Assembly: GCF_006345805.1 (NCBI RefSeq)
Contig: NC_042997.1
Location: forward strand, 177,816,001-177,880,000
DNA length: 64,000 nucleotides
Reading direction: 5' to 3'
Source: Octopus sinensis
Lineage: Eukaryota
Numbering within the stretch: position 1 is the stretch's first letter; the number at the start of each line of letters is the position of its first letter. Shown here piece after piece: positions 11,620 to 23,930 of this stretch. A model generated the notes under the pieces. The model was not told where the DNA came from. It made no database searches and saw only the letters and a program-made list of their open reading frames with translations. Position numbers and translations under genes: made by a program.

Positions 11620-12134
11620 TATGTATCTTTTTCCTAAGAATTCCTTAATTGCAAATTCAAATTTCTAACCCTGCCAAATATTATGAAGAAAGGATGAGCT
11701 CTATTGTTCTTTTGTAACAGAGGAAAAATGTGTGTGAGAGAGGGAGAGTATGTATATACACATACATAGATCAGTTGCAGGACTCAACATGTAGGGCACC
11801 AGGATGGTCTGGATACAGAACATACATTACATTGGAGCAACTCTTAGTTGCCGTTTATTGGTAGTATACTACAAGTCTGTATATAGTATGTATGTATAGA
11901 ATATATATGTCTAACCCATGCTAGCATGAAAAAAGATGTAAAAACTAATGAAAATATAGCCGCCATAATAATTGCATTGAAATCACTTCAATAACTGGTA
12001 CATGAGAAGGAAGGTACTTCCTAATACCTCACATGACACTCGCTCCAAATGACATCAGCCTTAATTTCAGAATGAATTCAGTTTTCTGTAAGGCAGACCT
12101 ACTCTCTGACAATAAATGAGGCACAGAGACAGAT

Positions 12135-12410
12135 ATCATTATCATCATCATTGAACATCTGCTTTCCATGCTGGCATGGGTTGGACGGTTTGACTGAGGG
12201 CTGGTGAGCTAAAAGGCACCAATCCGATCTGGCAATGTTTCTACAGCTGGATGCCCTTCCTAATTCCAACCACTCCAAGAGTGTATTGGGTACTTTTTAC
12301 ATGCCACCGGCACAGGTGCCAAGGGAGGCTTTCAGCAACCACACTCAAATGGTGCTTTTTACATACCACCGGCACGAGAGCCAGTCAGGTGGCACTGGCA
12401 ATGACCACAC
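12135..12410 (-). mobile_element. SINE family A
   Basis: Family A core and (CAT)n on the + strand. Confidence 0.88.
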
Positions 12411-13464
12411 TTGTAAATAATAAAAATTTAATCAATATATATGAGTAAGTTTTATCCTTTTATTTCCATAAACTATAAAGCACATCATATCTGTCAACCG
12501 TATTACAAGGAGATAATTAAGCAAAACCTTATTAAATGGCAAGACACCAAAATAATTTTTTTAAACTCCTTGCTCATGTTCAATATACTAACATGATGTT
12601 TTCAAATGTGCTGACTTATACCATGGAATTTCCATGGGTCTCATTATATATTTTATTTTATTGCTTCCTGGTATAAATTTATTGCCTTCTTTACTTATTC
12701 ACACACATAAGCTTTAAACTTTAAATGTTATAGTTCCGTGTGAATGCCTCCTGTGTATGCATACGTCATGCATGTGGGTGTCTGCATGATATGTGCATCT
12801 GTAGGCATGTGCAAATAGGTGCACATCTCTCCATCTCTCACAGTGGGAGTGCATGTGTGTATTACAGCCCAATACACAAGCACAGATGTTTCCTTCAGCT
12901 ATTTCATTTATACATACACATCATCATAATCGTCTCCACCATCATCACCAATAATCTCCACTAATTAAAATAACATTTAAACAGAAAAAAAAAATCAAAC
13001 ACAACAATATTTCTCTGTATGTGTGTGTGTGTGTGTATTTGTTTGTCCATCTGTCTGACTGCATGCATGGGCAGGCAAGTGATGGCAGAGTGGATGAAAG
13101 AGGCGAAATTAAAGCTTTCTGAACAAAATTCCTTGCTTGAGAATTTGAGTACAAAAAAAGGAAAAAAAAAAAAAAAAAAAACTATAAATATTTGACATGT
13201 TGCTGTAGTAATAATATATGAGAGGTTAGTCATACTTTTAGGCATAAAAAGAAAACTGAACTATAGCTGCTGCTACTACTTAAGTTACCAAATATAACAT
13301 ACAAAAATCAACACTGGACTATTTTACTTCAAATACATGAACCAACAACAACAAACTAGTCTCTGCACAGTCATTTGATTTGTTAGAAATAGTAGCCATA
13401 TTAAAATTTCCTCAAATCACAGCACAGTAACTTACTAAAAAAAAGAAAAACAAAGGAAGGACAC

Positions 13465-13625
13465 TATTTACATTATTTACATTCAAAGGATATTTGTCCT
13501 CATCTTGTTTGTTGTTAACACAATGTTTCGGCTGATATAGCCTCCAGCCTATGGTGTAGTGGTTAAGAGCACGGGCTACTAACCCCAAGATTCTAAGCTC
13601 GATTCCAAACTGTGACCTGAACAAC

Positions 13626-13665
<40 letters not shown>

Positions 13666-13805
13666 TTGAAAAACACCTTAAGAATGAGAACCCAGTTTCA
13701 AAATTTCCCCAAGACACCTGAAGAAGGCTAGAGGGTATATCAGCCATCGAATGTAAATAATGTAAATAATGTACATAATTTCTCATCTCTTAAATATAGA
13801 ACTAT
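13465..13805 (+). mobile_element. tRNA-headed SINE (family D) with inverted 5' segment, hammerhead-like core and 13-bp TSD
   Basis: A box tggtgtagtgg and B-box-like gctcgattcc at 13550-13610; (AAT)n; TSD aaaggaaggacac at 13452-13464 and 13806-13818; 13465-13549 is an inverted copy of the 3' part. Confidence 0.85.
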
Positions 13806-13964
13806 AAAGGAAGGACACACTGAAAAATGTATTCTTAGATATACCAAAAAGACAAGTATGGTTACAGATAGAATGCCTTTGATTCTAAATACTGCTTGGT
13901 CAGGGCTTCCCACAATTTCATTACTATTTTCATACACCAAAGATAAAATTTGAATTCCTATACG

Positions 13965-14286
13965 CATCATCATCATCGTTTAACATCTGCTTTCCATGCT
14001 AGCATGGGTTGAATGCTTTGACTGAGGACTGGTGAACCAGATAGCTGCATCAGGCTCCAATCTTGATCTGGCAGAGTTTCTACAGCTGGATGCCCTTCTT
14101 AACGCCAACCACTCCGAGAGTGTAGTGGGTACTTTTACGTGCCACCGGCACGAGAGCCAGTTAGGCAGTACTGGCAACGGCCATGCTCAGATGATGCCTT
14201 TTATGTGCCACCTGCACAGGAGCCAGTCCAGCGGCACTGGCAACGACCTCGCTCGAATGTTTTTTTTTTCACGCGCCACCTGCACA
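13965..14286 (-). mobile_element. SINE family A
   Basis: Family A core with about two internal repeat units. Confidence 0.9.
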
Positions 14287-14929
14287 TATATGTATAATAT
14301 TACAAATTCAATCAATCCAGCTCCTAATCAAGAAGTCCACATCATCATCATCAGTTTCTGTCATTTCCATACTGCCAGGGATAGGACATTTCAAAATGGT
14401 GTAAATCAGCTCCTACCCAGAGTTATTGTCCTAAATGGTTTTGGAGGTCGTGTCTAACTTGTACATTTCATTTGGCTTTGTTCCTGCAGCCAGATGCTCT
14501 TCCTAACACCAACCACGTTTCAAAGTGTAATGGATTATATTTTAATTTTGTCACAGCATCAGCACTAGAGAGGTTGTTGTCATATCCTTTGCAACACTAA
14601 ATAGTTCTCTCTACCTTCACATTGTCATGGTGTCTCTTTTCAATCACAAACCTCTCCCTTTACAAAGCATATTCAGTGTATTTTATCATGGTAGCAATAT
14701 TAGAGAGTTGTCTCCGTTGTTTCTAGTCAGAAATGGCTGAGAGAATGAATGGTGTGTGACAATGAGACAAGAAAAAAATTTCAGTAACCAAAAACATGGA
14801 GTGAGTACAAGGTAATTAATTTTACACCGTAAATAAAGAAACAGAGAAGAATTCAATATTTTGGCCAATGGTCCTTCAAGAACTAGAGAGAGAAAAAGAA
14901 AAAATGTTCTATGAAAAGCAGTGTTTACA

Positions 14930-16050
14930 ATGACAAGCACATGGTGAAATGAATGACAGGAGTAGGTAGTGCAGAATGGTGTTTTAAAGCCCAAAGAATA
15001 ATCTGTTGCCAAGGAAGAGGCAGGGTGAGAGCCTCTTGCTAGGCAATAAAAATGTATGAGCACGTTACATATGCATGTATGCATATGGCAGTGTTACTAA
15101 AGAAAAACAAGGTGATTATTCGTCCCAGTTGGGTGGGATGTTTTACTGTTGATGGTAAACAGGGGTAAAACACTACCACAGACAACGAAATGCAACTTAG
15201 TATGACAGGAAAAATTGAAGTGATGGCCATAGATTGGAGCAATATGGTGTTATTCCAGACAGCTAAAAGGTACTCCCTAAAACAGCCCTAAAAAATCTAG
15301 GTACTCCCTAAAAAATCTCCAGGCAGTTCCTCAATGAACAGCAAGCCACAAAACCAGCATTAGATGCTTGTACTAGCAAGAAGATTCCACAAGAAATGTT
15401 CTTGATGGTGCAAGTGAAATAGTTGGCAACATGGGAGGAAGTCTGCACAAAGTGGTGAAATTCTGGATGAAGAGACAAGTGTTGTAGCAGTAGTGAAAAC
15501 AGGTAAAGGAAAGTACAAGTGGGAATCAGTGAGTTTATAAAACACAGAAATGGAGCAGATGGAGTGTCAAAAAACGGAAATATCCAAGAAGTAACAGAGC
15601 AGATGGAGCAGTTCTGTGTGAAACCCAGGGCAGGGTGGAAGGAACTGATGAAAGTAACAAGAAGTTCAGATCTTCAGTAACACATCTGGAATGGGTCCAG
15701 TGAAACTAGGGATAGATTTAGGGCTAATATGACCAACAAATAAGGCAGTGTGAAGTAAAGATTTCAGGTGAAACCTGCTGGTAGGTAAAAATCTCCAGGA
15801 AAGGAAAAGTTGAGAGTGAAGGTAAATTCACCAAAGAAGAAGATAGTCATGGAACTTAGTTCAAGTGTGTTGTGATGATCAAGAAAGTGTTTTAGGATGA
15901 GGAGATTGTTGTCATGGAGCAGCATAACATCTATGGTGAAAAAGTTGGTAGGGACTAGGGTGGACAAGAATATGAAGAGGTAGAGGGCATGGTTGGTGCT
16001 GTAGATGATTCACACATGTATCTACAAAACACTCTCTCACACTTTATTTC
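14930..16050 (-). mobile_element. Heavily decayed Penelope-like element (RT and C-terminal region)
   Basis: FFTIDV..L...LKHFLDH...FTLNFSFPGDFYL (RT), FISSFHPALGFT, FLDISV, FYKLTDSH (PLE thumb YKPTDSH), spread across frameshifts. Confidence 0.7.
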
Positions 16051-16705
16051 CTTTGGCAGTAAAACGGTCGTTTGGCTGTAAAAAACCACCATTCCACTGT
16101 ACTTATTTCCATTAAAGGCTTTCATTGTAAATGTTACTTTCTATGGAACTTTCTTTGTTATTTTCTGCTTGTAGATGATGAACCACCACTCCAAAATGCT
16201 GAACTCTTCCCTGTTTCTTCCTTGCAGCATGTTTTCATTGTTTTTTTTTTATACTGTTTTAGAAAAGAGTGAAGGAGTAGAAGGTAAAAAATTCATTTAA
16301 ACCCATTGGCATCATAGTTCCAAGTTTAAAATATGATTCATTGTTCCTTCCATTTCCTTGAGTGAGTGAACTCATGGAGCACAAAAATACTGGCCAGTAT
16401 GACAATGAAGTCTTGTAGTTCATTTGAAATTTTTCTGCTTGAATTATTTATTTTATTCCTTTTTCAGCAAAATGTTTTTATCATAAAAAAAATCAAGGAA
16501 AGAATGTCTAAAATTATTTGATCACCATTCAGCAAGTTAAGTCACAGCCGATGGCAACTTATCACTTTAACCATTTTTTTTCTTTCGAGTTATTAATAAA
16601 TAATAAAAACATTTGGTCATAGTGTGTGTGTGTGTGTGCGTGTGCACATGCTATGTGTTGTGCATAAATATGTGCACAAATCTGTGCATGGGTGCTTGCA
16701 TGCAT

Positions 16706-16890
16706 GTGCAGACATGGCTGAACAGCTAAGAAGTTTCCATTGCAACCATGAGGTATCTGGTTCTATTCTACCGTGCAACACTTTTGATAAGTTTTTTTTT
16801 TCTTGCTTAGTCTTGGGTCGACACAAGGCTTACGAGTGAAATTCAGCAGATGGAAAGTGTGTGGAAATCCATCAGATTAATTACAGCTGT
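16706..16890 (+). mobile_element. SINE family B head, old
   Basis: Degenerate head and core. Confidence 0.6.
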
Positions 16891-17170
16891 GAATTCAAAG
16901 AGCAATCCTTGTCACACATAACGTCATGTTAACTCCGACTATACATTACAAGATTACAGGCACATATACAGTACAATTTTTCTGTGGAATATTCAGCCAC
17001 TTATACTATGACACAACAAGTAGGTAATTCCATTAATTGAACAACTGGAATAGTCATCTTCAAAACCAATGAAGGATCCATTCACAGTGCACATGCACAT
17101 GTGTGTGTATATTTCAAAACAGGCATTGTAAATAATAATAATGAAAAAAAAAAAGGTAATAATCACTCAC

Positions 17171-17563
17171 TTGTTGATTCTACTTCAGAGAAATGGTCTT
17201 CTTCAAAGATAAATTCATTATTGAAAGGGTTAAATCGTTGCCGTACAGGCTTGTTTCTGTCACCAGTAGGTACACTGTTGCTACTTTCATTCATAGCTGG
17301 AGGCTTTATAGCTTTACTGCCCACGTCGGGGCTTTGCCTATCTTGATTTAAGGCTGTATTACCACTGTCACCTTCAGATCTACATTCTGTCTGATACACA
17401 TCATTGTTCTGTAGTTTCTCATCTGATGCTGAAAGTGGTAACTCTGCTTGCTGCTTATCCTCATCCTCACAAGTTACACACACTTTACAATCACTGAGTT
17501 CACTCTTTTCGATATCATTTAAAGTTTCTTTATTTTGAACGGTCTCTTTTGCAGAGTCTAAAC
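17171..17563 (-). CDS. DEF8: DEF8-like coding exon, acidic N-terminal region ending RQRFNPFNNEFIFEEDHFSEVEST
   Basis: Frame open from 17594; acceptor gaaacag|GT, strong donor CAA|gtgagt; 393 nt, phase 1-1. RQRFNPFN resembles human DEF8 RQAHLNPFN. Confidence 0.75.
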
Positions 17564-18567
17564 CTGTTTCAATGGGTACATAAACACAGAAATTTCATGT
17601 AATTTATTATCATAATTATCTTAATTAAAATTATTATCATTATAATTATTTTTTGTTTGTTAGTTCTAAATAGCATACGCAAATCAATCATGCCAAACAG
17701 TTTACTAGTGGTTTAAGAATGTGTTAATAAGATTTTTCCAAAGCAAACATCAAAAAAAAAAGTACAAGCTGCATATGAAGATAAATGCAATATTCTTTTA
17801 TTGATTTTCACTCGGGGAGTTCTGGCCATGCTGGGGTACTATCAGGAATAAAGAAAATTTCTGTAGTCTTTGCAGAAATTTTATATTTTATGAAAGGATG
17901 TTAAGCAGTTTGAGTACAGCTTGATTTTTCACAAAAGCTAAAATCATTTTATTTTAGAATTGTCGAATATGCTGGGAAGGGAATCCAAATTCAGCATGCT
18001 ATGTCTTCAGATATTTTTGATAGATCTCAGTTTTCTGAAATTTTAAGCATTTATGCTATACAGAAAGGAAGCAGCCAGGTTTAAAGCTACGTAAGATAGA
18101 TTTGTTTAAACATATTTAATACTTGGTTTGAGAGTACATGCACCATGTCACTGCATGTTGTAAGAAGTATCAGAAAAAGTTGGCAATAGAAAGTGTATAT
18201 GATTGGAAAAACACTGCTGGTATAGAAAAGCAGATATAAAACAATGAAGACATCAGAAAAGTAGTTAGAAATAAATATGCAGACTAAGAGGGAAAATGCA
18301 ATTAGTCAATGAGTAACGGCATTTTCATGTGGATAGCAAGCACAAGAGGCAACCCTGGACATATCTCAGTCCTATTCTGAATTAAATAGTCAAGTATATA
18401 TATTTCTCTGTACTCGCCAAAGTACATGCAAGAAGATTGTATATTTGTTGCTTAAGAAAATAAATTAAAAGACAGTATCCACATGAAAACCAATCAGTAA
18501 GTATGCATTAACATGGAGACCTATTGAGTCAAGTACATCAACATCAAAATAAATATCAAATGGAAAT

Positions 18568-18856
18568 TGTGGTTGTGATACCAGTGCCAGCGCTGCCTTG
18601 ACTGGCTTCCGTGTCGATGGCACGTAAAAAGCACCAACCGATCATGGCCACTGCCAGCTTCCCCTGGCACTTGTGCCGGTGGCACATAAAAAGCACCCAC
18701 TACACTCACAGAGTGGTTGGCATTAGGAAGGGCATCCAGCTGTAGAAACACTACCAGATCAGACTGGAGCCTGGTACAGCCTCCTGGCTTCCCAGACCCC
18801 AGTCAAACCGTCCAACTTGTTCTAGCACAGAAAACAGACGTTAAACGATGATGATG
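18568..18856 (+). mobile_element. SINE family A
   Basis: Family A core and gatgatgatg tail. Confidence 0.88.
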
Positions 18857-19212
18857 AATGCATAAAGTATTATAAAATTAACAAGAAATAATTATCTTGA
18901 GGCTGGCTGTGAAGAAATGGAGTCTGCTTCACAACCACATAGTTTTGAGTTCTATCTTACTGTGTGGCAACTTGAATGAATGACTTGGGCTGATTAATGC
19001 CTTATGAGACAAATTAGTGCACAGAAACCATATGGAAGCCAGTTGTGTCTGCGGATGTGTGCATGCATGTAAATGTTTATATTCTATGGCTTCACATGAA
19101 GCCATTTTAGGAAAACCAGTGATGCTATATTGACATACACTGCTAACAAATCTTCCTCCAGCTCTGCACTTTCAAAGAAACCCAAAATAAAGAAACTCTT
19201 ACTCAAAAAACA

Positions 19213-19738
19213 TACCGTAAATCTTTGAGTATAGTTCACTCTTGAGTATAATACGCAGGAGAGTTTTAGGGGGCTGTACCTCTGAAAAACCTAAACCTTG
19301 TATATAATATGCACTCCTTCTCTAACTTGAGTCGTGCGTAATTAAGCCAGCAGCACCTAGTCAAACAAGCACTTCTGTGCAAGCGTAATACAGTAATGGT
19401 GATGTTCTCAGTTGTTATATGGGAATGTAAATATGTTTGCAAATTGCTTTTTTTACATGTTATTCTGTGTTCTGAATACTTTTATTTTAATAAATGTTGC
19501 TTACTGCAAGTTATGGATGATTCTTTTATGACTTCATTGCTTTCAGGCTTAGCTTAAGGTATTTTCGCGCCCAGCATCACAAAATGCATCTGAATAAACA
19601 TTGCCGGACAGCAAATAGAGACTCGGGCATTGCTTAGAAAATATTTTTCATTTTTAACCTCATATATAGTACGCACTAGGGATTTTGACCTTTAAATTTT
19701 GGGGAAAAAATGCGGATTATACTCGAAGATTTACAGTA
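19213..19738. mobile_element. pogo/Tigger-like MITE with TA TSD
   Basis: TA|ccgtaaatctttgagtata ... tatactcgaagatttacag|TA. Confidence 0.8.
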
Positions 19739-20136
19739 TGAGTTAGAAGTTGTCAGGTGGTTACCAACAGATTAGAACAGACAACTCAGAAGACTTATGA
19801 GATGATGAGAAGACAATATCATTAAACAATTCAGGCCTAAAAAGAAGAGAAGGATTCAATCAAGAGGAAAATGGAAGCACATTGTGACCAGAAATGTATA
19901 AGGACATCTGAGATGTCTGGATGTAAAGTCAATTTTTAGCAAAGCAAAGCAAGTCATTTGTATCAACCATCCCACTGTATTCATTAATTTAATGATATTT
20001 ATTGACAATTTCCACCATCAAATGACTAAAAGAGAAAAAAAAACAGACTCAGCACAGGGCTGGATTTGACTGAGAAACAATATCTCAAACCCATTTTGAT
20101 ATCATTTAGTCTAGTTGCAGCATATCATAAAACATT

Positions 20137-20518
20137 CATCATCATTTAACATCTGTTGTTCATGCTGGCATGGGTTGGACAGTGTGACCACAGCTGGAAA
20201 GCTGGATGAGGTGGGGGGCACCAAATTCCAGTCTGAATTGGCATGGTTTCTACAGCTGGATGCCCTTCCTAATGCCAGCCACTTTACAGAGTGCGCTGGA
20301 TGCTTTTACGTGGCATTACACGTGCACTTTTAGGTGATTCCACATGGGCCCTTTTACATGGTGCCACACAGGTACTCTTACATGACATTACATGGGCACT
20401 TTTACATGGCATTGCATGGGTTCTTCTATGTAACATCACATGGCTGCTTTTATGTAACACCACACAGACACTACTACAAGACACCATACGGGCACTTTTA
20501 CATGCCACCCATGTGGAA
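20137..20518 (-). mobile_element. SINE family A with a 24-bp tandem array (~9 units)
   Basis: Core followed by cttttacatggcattacatgggca-type units at ~20303-20518. Confidence 0.85.
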
Positions 20519-20876
20519 ACAGCCTAGTTATGCTATACCCACTTTCTTTCTAGTACATATAACTTTACTAAATTACTCAGTGTTTTTACTATCATATGAC
20601 TGCTGTTATCTGGCACACATAATTCAAACATAGCAAAATTAAATTATTCAAATTAAAGGAAATCATTTAGATATGTATATATCTAAATGATTTCCTTTCT
20701 TATCTATATAATAGTAACTCATTGCCTCATTATTTTCATCCTTATTGATGTCTATGATATTAGATCTTTTTCCGTTTAACCCCACTATAAACCAGGAAGT
20801 TCTTCATTTTTTGCTATCCACTTGTTGCATTAGTCACAACAAAGTAAACTTTTATGCCATAGAGAAAGATAGCCTC

Positions 20877-21113
20877 AAGGCAACAAGCTGGCAGAAACAT
20901 TAGCATGCTGAGCAAAATGCTTAGTGGTATTTCGTCTGCCACTACGTTCTGAGTTCAAATTCCGCCGAGGTCGACTTTGCCTTTCATCCTTTTGGGGTCA
21001 ATTAAATAAGTACCAGTTATGCACTGGGGTCGATATAATTGACTTAATCCGTTTGTCTGTCCTTGTTTGTCCCCTCTGTGTGTAGCCCCTTGTGGGCAGT
21101 AAAGAAATAAGAA
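20877..21113 (+). mobile_element. SINE family C, full length, CpG-decayed head
   Basis: ggcaacaagctggcagaaacattagc...gtcgactttgcctttcatcc...gccccttgtggg..gtaaagaaata. Confidence 0.9.
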
Positions 21114-21304
21114 AGATAGCCTCTGTATGGCAAGAAACCAAATCTTTCTAAAATCACACCCAGTCACTTTAGAAAAGAAGGACATATTGAATCTTGTATT
21201 TACTATATCTAGGGAAAAAGGGAAAAGACAAGATCATGACAGGAATATCTTTGACCACAGGCTTGCTTGAACAAACCTGACCTGAGAATAAACAACAGCA
21301 ACAC

Positions 21305-21556
21305 CATCATCATCATCATTTAACATCCGTTTTCCATACTGGCTTGGGTTGGATGGTTTGACTGAGAACTGGTAAGTTGGGGAACAGCATCAGGCTCCAA
21401 TCTGATTTGGCATGGTTTCTATGGCTGGATGCCCTTCCTAATACCAACCAGTCCAAGAGTGTAGTGGATGCTTTTTACATGCCACCAGCATGGGTGCCAG
21501 TTATGTAACACAAGCATCGGCCATGACTGCGATCTCACTTGGCTTCACAGGTCTTC
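21305..21556 (-). mobile_element. SINE family A variant
   Basis: Family A core and (CAT)n. Confidence 0.85.
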
Positions 21557-21647
21557 TAAAGCAAGGTATATTGCCAAAAGTCTTGGACACTTGTCTTAGC
21601 AATAGCAGCATGGAAGTTCCAAATCACTGTCCCTAGGTTTTTATATT

Positions 21648-21686
<39 letters not shown>

Positions 21687-21772
21687 ATAGATAGATAGGT
21701 AGATAGACAGACAGATAGATGGATGGAAGAAAGAATGGATGAATAGACAAGATAAATAAGCACAGGGTTGAC

Positions 21773-22205
21773 TGTAGTTTAGAAGCTTGCTTCCTAATCA
21801 TGTGGTCTTGGGTTCAGTCCCACTGCATGGTACCTTGGGCAAGTGCCTTCTACTATAACCCTAGGTTGACCACAGCCTTGTGAGTGGATTTGGTACATGG
21901 AAAATGAAAGAAGCCCACCATGTTAGTGTGTGTGTGTGTATGTGTTTGTGTGTGCATGTGTACTTTGTCTTGATATCATGTGATGACTGTAAAGGAGCAT
22001 AACTATCATACAAGTGATGATGTTCATTTTGAGTCTTCCATGAAAAACATGTCTGGTCATGGGTAAATTTCACCTTTCTTAGAAACTGATAATGGTTGAC
22101 AACAGGAAGATCATTTGACTATAGAAAATTTGCTTCAACAAATTCCATCTGACTCATGCAAACATGGAAAAGTTGATGTTAAATAATGATGATGATAATG
22201 ATGAT
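21773..22205 (+). mobile_element. Chimeric SINE: family B head/core with family A-like tail
   Basis: B head and ccttgggcaagtg core, then ...acaggaag..cat...tagaaaa...catgcaaacatggaaaagttgatgttaaataatgatgatg. Confidence 0.75.
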
Positions 22206-22354
22206 AAAAAAACGTAGCTGGTTGTCTAGTTGTCCACTACCCTGACTGACCCAGTCATTGGTTTACTTCAAAGTAATCACTATGAGAGTATGTCATTTTG
22301 TCAAACTCGCAGATTACAAATCTGTACTTAGATGCTTTTTTTCTCTCTCTTTGC

Positions 22355-22740
22355 TCTTTTACTCTTTTACTTGTTTCAGTCATTTGACTGTGGCCATGCT
22401 GGAGCACCGCCTTTAGTCGAGCAAATCGACCCCAGGACTTATTCTATCGGTCTCTTTTGCCGAACTGCTAAGTTACAGGGACATAAACACACCAGCATCG
22501 GTTGTCAAGCGATGTTGGGGGGACAACTATATCTAGAGGAAAAACACAGACACACAAACATACATACACACACATATATATGTATACATATATACGACAG
22601 GCTTCTTTCATTTTCCGCTCACAAGGCTTTGGTCGGCCTGAGGCTATATTAGAAGACACTTGCCCAAGGTACGACGCAGTGGGACTGAACCTGGAACCAT
22701 GTGGTTGGTAAGCAAGCTACTTACCACACAGCCACTCCTA
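22355..22740 (-). mobile_element. SINE family B, full length
   Basis: Head to tail present. Confidence 0.9.
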
Positions 22741-22764
22741 TGCCTCGTTTATTTATTTATTCTT

Positions 22765-23130
22765 TTTATTTGTTTTGGCCATTAGACTGTGGCCATGCTG
22801 GGACACTACCTTGAAGAATTTTTAGTCAAATGAATCAACCCCAGTATTTTTTTTTTGTCTTTTAAGCCAGGTATTTATTCTATCGATCTCTTTAATGAAC
22901 TGCTAAGTTATAGGGATGTAAACACACCAACACCAGTTGTCAAGTGGTGCTGGGGGACAAATACATATACACACACGTATACATTGGTCAAACAAATCAA
23001 CCCCGGTACTTATTTTTTTAAGCCTGGTACTTTTTCCATCAGTCTCTTTTGCCAAAATGCTAAGTTACAGGGACGTAAACACAACAACACTGGTTGTCAA
23101 GTGGTGATGGGACGACAAACACAGACACAC
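22765..23130 (-). mobile_element. Tandem SINE family B tail fragments
   Basis: Two partial copies of gaactgctaagttac.ggga..taaacac. Confidence 0.7.
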
Positions 23131-23139
23131 ACATTATAT

Positions 23140-23262
23140 CACCGTGATCACTGTGACCGACCAGGCTATCAGATGTTGTTACACCTCACTGGTCACAATG
23201 CACTTCGCATTGTTTTAGCCTTCAAATGAAACCATCCTGCTGGCTAAGCGAGCAGGCCAACA
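23140..23262. mobile_element. SINE family E fragment
   Basis: Similar to 510-610 (ggctat..gat.t...tacac...ct.gt..caatg...ttgttttagc.tt..aatga...ctgctggc..gcaggc). Confidence 0.55.
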
Positions 23263-23274
23263 CACATCATATAT

Positions 23275-23707
23275 CATCATCATCATTTAACGTCCGTTTT
23301 CCGCGCTAGCACGGGTTGGACCGGGGTCTGGGAAGCCAGGAGGCTGCACCAAGCTCCAGTTAGATCTAGCAGTGTTTCTACAGCTGGATGCCCTTCCTAA
23401 CGCCAACCACTCCGCGAGTGTAGTGGGTGCTATTTAGTGCCACCGGCACAGGTGCCAGGGGAGTCTGGCAGCAACCACGATCAGTTGGTGCTTTTAACGT
23501 GCCACCGGAACGGAAGCCAGTCAAGGCGGCGCTGGCATCGGCCACATTCGGATGGTGCTTTTTACGTGCCACCGGCACAGAAGCCAGTCAAGGCGGCGCT
23601 GGCATCGGCCACATTCGGATGGTGCTTTTTACGTGCCACCGGCACAGAAGCCAGTCGAGGTGGTGCTGGCATCGGCCACGTTCGGATGGTGCTTTTTATG
23701 TGCCACA
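23275..23707 (-). mobile_element. SINE family A, young, with ~4 internal 60-bp units
   Basis: CpG-intact core; near-identical ggtgcttttacgtgccaccggcacagaagccagtc... units. Confidence 0.92.
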
Positions 23708-23709
23708 AC

Positions 23710-23768
<59 letters not shown>

Positions 23769-23777
23769 ATATATATA

Positions 23778-23930
23778 ATGGGCTTCTTTCAGTTTCTGTC
23801 CATCAAGTCTGCTCACAAGGCTTTGGGTTGGTCTAAGGTTATAATAGAAGACACTTGTCCAAGGTATCACACAGTGAAACTGAACCTGGAACCATGTGGT
23901 TGGAAAGCAAGCTTTTTACCACATAGCCAC
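23778..23930 (-). mobile_element. SINE family B head
   Basis: gggcttctttcagttt...ccacatagccac. Confidence 0.8.

Noticed and set aside
23480-23707. Regular ~60-bp repeats resembling a CRISPR array
   Set aside because: Units are contiguous with no unique spacers, lie inside a SINE, and the genome is eukaryotic with no cas genes.
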